A model generated the notes under the pieces. That model did not search any database. It saw nothing but the letters and a program-made list of their open reading frames with translations, and was not told the DNA's origin. Positions 54,993 to 64,000 of a stretch of DNA of 64,000 nt are shown here, in pieces; within the stretch, counting starts at the first letter, position 1; each line of letters begins with the position of its first letter. Position numbers and translations under genes: made by a program. The DNA is taken from NCBI GenBank assembly GCA_965226885.1, contig CBDDEL010000014.1, positions 570,248 through 634,247 on the forward strand. Reading direction: 5' to 3'. Source of the DNA: Opitutales bacterium. Its GTDB lineage: Bacteria > Verrucomicrobiota > Verrucomicrobiia > Opitutales > UBA2987.

Positions 54993-56810
54993 TTAATTGA
55001 GAAAAAGGTCCAGGGGAAGGCGGGCATAAATTCCCTGCGGATCATTGAACGCGCTCAGTGCATTCCATTCTTCCCGCATTAATCGCATAATACCGCTAAG
55101 GGGGTCGTGGGAGGAAAGCGGTTTTCTCTTCCGGCCTCCCTCCATTATCATACGGAAAAATTTGTTCTTCTCAGACTCCTCCGGCATTTCCACCAATCTC
55201 CAGTTTTCCCCCAATCCGGCCAGGGCGGCGGCTTCATTAATCGCATTGTCGAGCCCCCCGATTTGATCGACCAGTCCCACTTCCAGCGCGTCGATCCCGG
55301 TCCACACTCGCCCGCTGGCGATTTTCTCCACCTCCTCCGGCCTGAGATCGCGGCCCTCGGCTACTTTGTTGACAAACTCCGCGTAAATCCAATCCACCAT
55401 TTCTTGAAACTTGGCCAGCTCGGCCGGCGTTTTAGGGCGCGAAAGGGTCAGGATATCCGCGTAGGGAGATGTTTTCACCCCGTCAAAAGTGACGCCGTGG
55501 TTATCGGCGATTTCCCCGATATTGGGCAGCAGGGCAAACACACCGATAGAGCCCGTAATGGTGGTTTCCTCCGCAAAAATGGTTTCGGCCCCTGCCGATA
55601 TCCAGTAGCCGCCCGAGGCTGCGTAACCACCCATCGACACCACCACCGGTTTTTCCGCTCCAGCCAGGACCACCTCGCGCCCGATCACTTCGGCCGCCAA
55701 GGCGCTTCCACCGGGGCTGTTTACCCGTAAAACGATGGCTTTGACCCCCTCGTCCTGCCGAGCCTTGCGCAGTTCCCGGGCAATCCGGTCCCCGCCTGCC
55801 CTCCGCGGATCGCCCTCACCATTCACGATGGCCCCCTCTGCGTAAATAACCGCTATCTTGGGTTGATTCAATCCCCCCAATCCCTCCAGCCAGCCATTCA
55901 CCTCGACCGCATAGTCAAAAAACTTAACCTGGGTAAAACTTTCAATTTCGTCGTCATAACCGGCGATTTCCGTCAGTTTGGCCAACGCCTCGTCGAAATA
56001 CCCGATCTCATCCACCAAACCGCTTTCAAGCGCCTTTGTGGCCGAAAAAATCCCGATCCTCTCGGAAAAATCGCGCAATTGCTCCGTATCGAGTTGGCGG
56101 TTTTCGGCAATATCCTGCAATATCGAATCCCACAAGCTCTCCAGCAACGCCTCCATTTGCAACACGCTCTCCGGGCTCATCCGATCGCTGGTAAAAGTCT
56201 CCACCGCCGACTTGAACTCCCCCACTCGCGCAATCTGGACGCCGATCCCGTATTTTTCCAAAGCCTTCCCAATAAAAACGGACTTCGCCGCCAGACCTTT
56301 CAAAACCACCAGGCCAAATGGATTTTGCAGGACCGTGTCCGCCCTTGAGGCCAGGTAATAATCCCGCAGGGAAGGATTGACCACATAAGCCACCACCGGT
56401 TTGCCGGAAGCCTTGAAACGCCCGATGGCCTCCCCCACTTCCCGCAACGCGGAAAAACTCGACCCATAGTTTTCCGATACCAGCCGGCCCTTGATGAACA
56501 ATGAAGAAATGCGCTCATCCACTGCCGCGCGATCCAGTGTGTGGACGACCTTTTTTAAGTTCAGCTGGGGCGGTCGCCCATCGCCCAAAGCATCCTCAAT
56601 AAAGGCAAATGGAGAAATCGCCTGAGGGGCATCCGCAATATTGAAAGAAAGATCCAGCACCAATGCGGCCCCATCCTCGACTAACACCTTCTCCTCCGAA
56701 AAGAAACTACCCACCGCCACCAGCAATAAAAACAAAAACCCCACAAAAAGGCCGGTCGCCAAAACCATGGCCGCAAAAAACTTAAAAACCGAAAAAATAA
56801 AATTCTTCAT
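54993..56810 (-). CDS. sppA: Signal peptide peptidase SppA (67K type)
   Basis: G.FKSAVE, LRVNSPGGS, SMGGYAASGGYWIS, TITGSIGV, GRVWTG. Confidence 0.95.
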   Translation of the reverse strand: MKNFIFSVFKFFAAMVLATGLFVGFLFLLLVAVGSFFSEEKVLVEDGAALVLDLSFNIADAPQAISPFAFIEDALGDGRPPQLNLKKVVHTLDRAAVDERISSLFIKGRLVSENYGSSFSALREVGEAIGRFKASGKPVVAYVVNPSLRDYYLASRADTVLQNPFGLVVLKGLAAKSVFIGKALEKYGIGVQIARVGEFKSAVETFTSDRMSPESVLQMEALLESLWDSILQDIAENRQLDTEQLRDFSERIGIFSATKALESGLVDEIGYFDEALAKLTEIAGYDDEIESFTQVKFFDYAVEVNGWLEGLGGLNQPKIAVIYAEGAIVNGEGDPRRAGGDRIARELRKARQDEGVKAIVLRVNSPGGSALAAEVIGREVVLAGAEKPVVVSMGGYAASGGYWISAGAETIFAEETTITGSIGVFALLPNIGEIADNHGVTFDGVKTSPYADILTLSRPKTPAELAKFQEMVDWIYAEFVNKVAEGRDLRPEEVEKIASGRVWTGIDALEVGLVDQIGGLDNAINEAAALAGLGENWRLVEMPEESEKNKFFRMIMEGGRKRKPLSSHDPLSGIMRLMREEWNALSAFNDPQGIYARLPLDLFLN

Positions 56811-57659
56811 AACAATTTACCTAACTATACTATAAAATATTTTTTAATAAAAATGAATATGTGCAGATTCCCCCAGGACCAGCCCAAGCCTCAATTGTTC
56901 AATCAATCATTCAACATTCGCGTCCATTAGAGTTCATTAGCGGTTAAAAAAAATTACGGTCGAGACAGAGACATAGGCGAGACATAGGCTTATGCGATAA
57001 AGCCGGGATATTACCATAAATCACCAAAAACGTCAACCGATACGTTGGCTCCGTTTGATGCGTTTGAATAAACCCTAAAAAAATCAAAGAAAATCCACAA
57101 AATGCGCCAAAATGTGCGCCAAAATGTCCCACAAAAAACAGAGTTTTCCCCTCCCTCAACCACAGTCGCATCCATTCGCGGTTAAAAATACCCCATCCCA
57201 CATCCTCATTCCACTCCATCTCAAGAAATACTTTGCGATCCTATTTTCAGCCAAAGATTTACAAATATTCTTGAAAATATCCCTAAAGTCCAGTATTCTA
57301 ATAGGAGCTCCTAACACAGTTTCTGCGTATTAGGTTGAATAGCTGCGTATTAGGTTGAATAGACAGGGGAACAAAACTCTACAAACCGGAGTCAGTCATG
57401 AAAATGAGATCGGCATTCAGAATCTTCATTGTAAGTTCCATCCTTCTGATCCCCAATGTGTTATCCGCCGAGACGGTACTTGTGACCGCCTCCGGAGGTT
57501 GCGAAGGGTTGCATATCCTCAGTGTCTATCAGCATGGTAGCGCCGTTTACGTAACTAAGTATCTGGAAAGAAGGGATGTTCCGTGTATTGCATCTGTTCA
57601 GCCACTAATGACCTCAGCAGAAATGGACTACCCATCCATTGCCCTCAGAGAGATCCAAG

Positions 57660-58984
57660 TGACGTGTACTGGATTTGTTGGACACGGGATTCTCTTATAT
57701 TCATTGTTTATTGATTAGTGTGTCAGGCGGCTTGTTTTGGTAAAGGGTTTTGTTTTCTCGTTGCCCCCCATGGGGGGCAAATATTTTCCTCGAATTGGAC
57801 TGGGCTTTGGTAACTCAGAGAGGAATGTTTGCGATATCGGTTGTAGAAGATTTCCACGTATTCGAAGACAGTTGATCGCAGTTCGCGCTCGTCGGCAAAG
57901 TGGCGGCCTCGAATCGTGCTGGTCTTGAAGCGGCCGTAGAACGATTCCATGGCCGCGTTGTCGTAGCAGTTGCCTTGGGCGCTCATGCTCGGCTTCATGC
58001 CTAGTTCAGAGACCAGCCTCTGATAGTCGTCGCTGGCGTAGGGGCTGCCCCGATCGCTGTGATGAATAATCCCGGTGCGCAGTGTGCCGCGGGTCATGGC
58101 CGCGGCTTTGAGGGCCTTGCCAACCAGCTTCGCGTCGTTGTGGTTGGAAACGCTCCAGCCCAGCAGGCGTCGGCTGAACAGGTCCATCACCGTGGCCAAG
58201 TACATCCAACCGGCCAGGGTCCGTAGGTAGGTCGTGTCCGCCACCCAGACCTCGTCGATATGGGTCGGCTGGCCATGCTTTTTAAGCACATTGGGGCTGT
58301 AACCATAGGGATGGTTACTGTTGGTTTTTAATGGCTTAAAGCGTTTACTCTGGGTGCTTTTGATTCCCATTTCACGCATCAGACGCAGAGCCCGGTCACG
58401 GCCGCAATCGATGCCCTCATCATCCTTCAGATGGCGGTGCATTGGCCGATGCCCATAGCGGCCCTTGGCCTCTTTGTGTACCTTCAGGATCGCCCCCTTG
58501 ATTCCCTCGTCCTCGATCCGCCGGGCCGAGGGCGCTCGGTGCCTCCAGCAGTAATAGCCACTGCGACAAATCCCCATCGCCGAGCATATTTCCTCGATCT
58601 TGAAGCGCCCCTCGTTGTCTTTGACAAACTGGTACTTCATTGTTCGTCCTTGGCAAAGTAGCCCACCGTTTTTTTTAGTATCTGGTTGATCCGCTCCGAG
58701 CGGCGCAGCTCTTTGCGAAGACGATCTATCTCGGCCGCCATCTCCTTCGGACTGCTCTGTCGCTTTGAGGTGGCTTCGCCCTGCTGATCGTCCAGATAGA
58801 GCCTCTTCCACCTATACAATTGGTTGGTGTTGACCCCAAGTTTGGTCGATACCTCGGTGGCGCTCAGACCATCGAGTATCATCAGTTGAACTGCCTCATT
58901 TTTGAACTCTATACTGCGTCTTCTTCCCATGCTTCGATTCTCCATTTAGGAGAATCTCGTGTCCACTTTTTCCAGTGCACATCA
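57660..58984 (-). mobile_element. IS3-family element (orfA 58637-58930, orfB 57723-58640)
   Basis: TG...CA ends with ~35-bp imperfect IRs; WVADTTY, HHSDRG, CYDNA..ESF; A8C slippery site and ATGA overlap. Confidence 0.93.
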
Positions 58985-59038
58985 TGTTTAAAGCTGATGA
59001 TGAATGGTCACTACTTTGGCAGAACGGAAACGTTCTAA

Positions 59039-60615
59039 CCCGGATATTTCATGAAGGGTAAAGTTTGGCTCGTTATTGCTATTGGAGATGGATTTCTTTG
59101 TATTTTGAGCAGATCGTCTTGATTTTTAGGTGTTTTTCAGGGTGTAGAGACACTGCCCCCTTTCCCCCATTGGTTCGGTAGTGCCGGGGGCAGCACCAAT
59201 GCACCCTTTAGGTTGGCACCGGTTGGCACCAATCGGCGGGCCGCATGGTTGAAAAGACTGGCCCAAGGATAACTCTCACTTAGGTGAAAGTGAATCGTTC
59301 GGGTGTTGCGCACGATGACCGCTCCGATCTTGATTAATTTGAGCCGCAGGGTGTGGCATTGGGCCCGCGCCCACTTCGTCCCTTTTAAGGCTAACCGGCG
59401 CATGGCTTCCATCAAGGTGTAGGCCAGCGCCGACAAGAGCAATCGCCACTGATTGGCCCACCATTGATGGGCGCTGGTGCGCTCGCTGAACAATTGCATC
59501 TGTTCCTTGATTCGGTTCTCCATTTCACCGCGGCCACAGTATACCTTGTCGTAAAGCTCCTGGGGATCGCCCGGCAGGTTCGTCACCACGAAGCGCGGGT
59601 TGGACCCCTGTGCGGTGTGTTCGGCTTTATGGATGACCAACCGCAGCCATCGCCACGAATCGGCAGCATAGACGAAGTCCTGGAATAACCGTTGTTTTTT
59701 ACCCCTTAGTTCGAACCATTCTTTGGCCTGCTTTTGCAACTGCTGGGCGTCTTGCTGCAAGCGTGCATTGCGAGCCATCCCCACGATGTAACTAACTTCG
59801 TTGCGGTCGCACCAAGAGAGTATCCGGTCTCGACAAAATCCACTGTCGGCGCGCCAAATAATCCGCGTACGGGGCCAGCTTTGGCGCATCCGTTTAACCA
59901 GCAATTTGAGGATGGCCCCGGCATGCTTGCTGGCATCGATCTTGCTCGGCCGCAGGTAGGCCACCAGCAGCTGATCACCGCAAAAAACATATAGCGGCAG
60001 AAAACAGTAATGATCATAATAACCGTGGAAAAAACGTCCCTCCTGGAGCCCGTGCACCGGATTGTCGGTGGCGTCAAAGTCCAGGATGATCTCTTCGGGT
60101 TCCTCGGCAAAGGAGCCCATGAACTGTTCGACCAACAGCTCGTTTACCGCAAAGGCCGCCCGCCGATCCTGCCCGTTTTCAAAACGACACAAAGTCGGCG
60201 CGCTGGCCAACGTTTCAATGCGCCCCGTTACCGTTTGCAACAATGGATCGTGGCGCAGGGTATCAAAGTCGTTCAAATCCTCATAGCCCGCCACCAGCCC
60301 GTAAACGCGCTGCCGCAGCATCCCCAATACCTCATGGCGTACTTTGCCCTTCTGCCGTTTGTCCACTAACTGTCGGGCCGCTCGTTCGGTCAAGCCCAAC
60401 TGCCGATCCACTTCCCGGATCAAAAGCAGTCCGGCATCCGAAGTAACCTCTCCGCCCTTGAAATCAACCCGCACACGGCGGCCTTTTACCCTTGTCAACT
60501 GTAGCTTTAATTGTTTACCTTTTGTCATCGCTGATATTGCTTTAATTATTGATCTATCCTGCTGTATATCAGCAGTTAAGCATATCAACGATACTTTTTT
60601 TACGAAATATCCGGG
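59039..60615 (-). mobile_element. IS1380 isoform A, full length, stop codon bypassed
   Basis: CTAA duplication; 10-bp duplication at 59211-59230 shifts the frame just before the stop, adding 27 aa. Confidence 0.95.
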
Positions 60616-61627
60616 CTAAACAGCTACAACCCGGCCTTCGGTACTGGATGGACTGATTCGGAGGTTTTGAGGTATATTTACCTCAGACAATACCCTTGGG
60701 TATACCATCCCGAATTGGGTTGGCTCTTTGTCAGAGAAGGTGCTATCATTGATCAGCATGAACTGAGCTTTTGGTTTCATTCTCCAGAACATGGATGGAT
60801 GTGGAAGAAGCCGTCTATGGACCGGTATTATCACCAAGATTCACAAACGTTCAGAGAGGTTTCATCGTTTGTCGTGTTGGGAAGTGAATTCAATCTTTCC
60901 TTCAATCAGGAAGTGACGGTAGTAAATGAAGATCTCAAGATTCAGTTTTCAGAAGTAAATGAGGATTCAAGATGTCCTGTGGACGTGATCTGTGTGTGGG
61001 AGGGAAGATTGGTAGTTACGTTGAAAGTAAACAATCTGGATTTGGAGCTATCAATTGGAGGGCAGTCACAGCCATCGAAAACAATTGATGGGTACAGAAT
61101 CACTCTGATGGATATAGTTGTCCCTGTGCCAAGATTGGATGAGAATCCGAAGGACTCTGATTATGTAATTACGTTCTTGGTGGAGAAGGCCTCGTAGTCG
61201 GGTTTCTTGATATAGAATATTCGAACAAAGTGCTTGAGCATTAATCGGTTGTTATAAAAAGGTTGATTCTCTAAAAATTAAATGCGTCACCATTCATAAT
61301 TCATATTTTTCTGGTTGCTTTATTTTGTATGAAAGAAAGTGCCAGGGGTTGAATGAGGCTCCCATTTTTCAACCACGGATTTCACGGATAACACCAACAA
61401 TTGGTTAAAGAGTGCTCCAATGGCGTTTTCTATAGGGTACGATACCTACGGGTACGATACCTACGTTTATTTGTGTAATCTGCTCCTTTTTGAGAATCAC
61501 CTTGCGATCATCTTCTCAGTCAAACAATTACGAATATTCTTGAAAATGCCGGTCGTAAAAGAATTCTACTTTATCGTCCCGGCGTATTTACCGCATACAT
61601 AAAATTAGGCATGGGAATAACGACAAA

Positions 61628-61913
61628 ATGAAGACAATTCTACTCATTGGTGACTCCATCCGCATGGGGTATCAGGAAAAGGTACGCCAGCAACTCGCAG
61701 ATTGGGCCTACGTCCAGGCGCCAGAAAAGAACGGAGGCACAAGTGAGAACATTCTTGCCCATCTGGACCAATGGGTGCTTTCGCGCCGCGCCGATGTAGT
61801 ACACATCAACTGCGGGCTCCACGACATCAAGAGAGAATTCGACCAGGATACTACTGCCGTTCCCCTGAGCGTCTACACGGCGAACGTTCGCTCTATCTTG
61901 ACACGGCTGCTAG
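61628..61913 (+). pseudogene. SGNH/GDSL hydrolase truncated by IS1380
   Basis: IGDSI and INCGLHD motifs; the DxxH block is missing and the frame enters the IS at 61914. Confidence 0.85.
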
Positions 61914-62660
61914 CCCGGATATTTCATGAAGGGTAAAGTTTGGCTCGTTATTGCTATTGGAGATGGATTTCTTTGTATTTTGAGCAGATCGTCTTGATTT
62001 TTAGGTGTTTTTCAGGGTGTAGAGACACTGCCCCCTTTCCCCCATTGGTTCGGTAGTGCCGGGGGCAGCACCAATGCACCCTTTAGGTTGGCACCAATCG
62101 GCGGGCCGCATGGTTGAAAAGACTGGCCCAAGGATAACTCTCACTTAGGTGAAAGTGAATCGTTCGGGTGTTGCGCACGATGACCGCTCCGATCTTGATT
62201 AATTTGAGCCGCAGGGTGTGGCATTGGGCCCGCGCCCACTTCGTCCCTTTTAAGGCTAACCGGCGCATGGCTTCCATCAAGGTGTAGGCCAGCGCCGACA
62301 AGAGCAATCGCCACTGATTGGCCCACCATTGATGGGCGCTGGTGCGCTCGCTGAACAATTGCATCGGTTCCTTGATTCGGTTCTCCATTTCACCGCGGCC
62401 ACAGTATACCTTGTCGTAAAGCTCCTGGGGATCGCCCGGCAGGTTCGTCACCACGAAGCGCGGGTTGGACCCCTGTGCGGTGTGTTCGGCTTTATGGATG
62501 ACCAACCGCAGCCATCGCCACGAATCGGCAGCATAGACGAAGTCCTGGAATAACCGTTGTTTTTTACCCCTTAGTTCGAACCATTCTTTGGCCTGCTTTT
62601 GCAACTGCTGGGCATCTTGCTGCAAGCGTGCATTGCGAGCCATCCCCACGATGTAACTAA
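61914..62660 (-). mobile_element. IS1380 3' half
   Basis: IRR at 61914; on the minus strand it starts at internal TTAGTTACATC, exactly complementing the 4823-5656 half. Confidence 0.92.
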
Positions 62661-64000
62661 CCCGGATATTTCGTAAAAAAAGTATCGTTGATATGCTTAA
62701 CTGCTGATATACAGCAGGATAGATCAATAATTAAAGCAATATCAGCGATGACAAAAGGTAAACAATTAAAGCTACAGTTGACAAGGGTAAAAGGCCGCCG
62801 TGTGCGGGTTGATTTCAAGGGCGGAGAGGTTACTTCGGATGCCGGACTGCTTTTGATCCGGGAAGTGGATCGGCAGTTGGGCTTGACCGAACGAGCGGCC
62901 CGACAGTTAGTGGACAAACGGCAGAAGGGCAAAGTACGCCATGAGGTATTGGGGATGCTGCGGCAGCGCGTTTACGGGCTGGTGGCGGGCTATGAGGATT
63001 TGAACGACTTTGATACCCTGCGCCACGATCCATTGTTGCAAACGGTAACGGGGCGCATTGAAACGTTGGCCAGCGCGCCGACTTTGTGTCGTTTTGAAAA
63101 CGGGCAGGATCGGCGGGCGGCCTTTGCGGGTAAACGAGCTGTTGGTCGAACAGTTCATGGGCTCCTTTGCCGAGGAACCCGAAGAGATCATCCTGGACTT
63201 TGACGCCACCGACAATCCGGTGCACGGGCTCCAGGAGGGACGTTTTTTCCACGGTTATTATGATCATTACTGTTTTCTGCCGCTATATGTTTTTTGCGGT
63301 GATCAGCTGCTGGTGGCCTACCTGCGGCCGAGCAAGATCGATGCCAGCAAGCATGCCGGGGCCATCCTCAAATTGCTGGTTAAAACGGATTCGCCAAAGC
63401 TGGCCCCGTACGCGGATTATTTGGCGCGCCGACAGTGGATTTTGTCGAGACCGGATACTCTCTTGGTGCGACCGCAACGAAGTTAGTTACATCGTGGGGA
63501 TGGCTCGCAATGCACGCTTGCAGCAAGATGCCCAGCAGTTGCAAAAGCAGGCCAAAGAATGGTTCGAACTAAGGGGTAAAAAACAACGGTTATTCCAGGA
63601 CTTCGTCTATGCTGCCGATTCGTGGCGATGGCTGCGGTTGGTCATCCATAAAGCCGAACACACCGCACAGGGGTCCAACCCGCGCTTCGTGGTGACGAAC
63701 CTGCCGGGCGATCCCCAGGAGCTTTACGACAAGGTATACTGTGGCCGCGGTGAGATGGAGAACCGGATCAAGGAACAGATGCAATTGTTCAGCGAACGCA
63801 CCAGCGCGCATAAATGGTGGGCCAACCAGTGGCGATTGCTCTTGTCGGGGCTGGCCTACACCTTGATGGAAGCCTTGCGCCGGTTCGCATTAAAAGGGAC
63901 GAAGTGGGCGCGGCTCCAATGCCACAGTCTACGGCTAAAATTAATCAAGATCGGAGCGGTAATCGTGCGCAACACCCGAACGATTCACTTTCATCTAAGT
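62661..64000 (+). mobile_element. IS1380 A/B chimera with two 1-bp insertions, runs off window end
   Basis: IRL at 62661; isoform-A alleles up to ~63733 and isoform-B alleles from ~63754. Confidence 0.9.

Larger units (their letters stand above)
57398..61197 (+). pseudogene. Secreted hypothetical protein (~297 aa reconstructed) split by IS3 and IS1380
   Basis: 57398-57659 + 58985-59038 + 60620-61197 join in frame (894 nt); signal peptide, YPWVYHPELGW and EDSRCP.DV.CVWEG segments. Confidence 0.75.

Noticed and set aside
61221..61256. Second attC-like sequence CGAACAAAGTGCTTGAGC...GTTAT
   Set aside because: Too short and lacks a complementary inner stem
63125..63390. Single-base insertions in the last IS1380 as programmed frameshifts
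   Set aside because: Absent from sister copies and located in short homopolymers; mutation or sequencing error
2185..63811. Recurrent small antisense or alternate-frame ORFs inside IS copies and long genes
   Set aside because: They recur only because the IS is repeated; no independent coding evidence

Overview
A 64-kb bacterial chromosomal window, probably Verrucomicrobiota/Opitutae (inferred from gene style, not proven). About 21.8 kb (roughly one third) is insertion sequence: ten full or partial IS1380-family copies in two isoforms, four IS1-family pieces, and one each of IS21, IS5-like, IS630 and IS3, many nested in each other or splitting genes. Non-IS content includes a TonB-dependent receptor, two GspB-like Pro-rich membrane proteins, a pgl-type (bacillosamine) surface-glycan cluster, PolX, an ECF42-type sigma with its DGPF/YciI partner, an FG-GAP protein, a MenC-MenE fusion, purA, folC, accD, comF, xerC, sufT and sppA. 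Main leads: (1) a ~0.9-kb non-coding, hairpin-dense, GNRA/UUCG-rich minus-strand unit between purA and folC with its own promoter and terminator, a candidate giant ncRNA (GOLLD-sized, family unverified); (2) many perfect 2-30 bp tandem duplications, several without flanking microhomology; (3) junction evidence for a ~55-kb inversion between two inverted IS1380 copies; (4) an orphan integron attC site; (5) one secreted-protein gene split in three by IS3 and IS1380. All calls are by eye; no searches were run.
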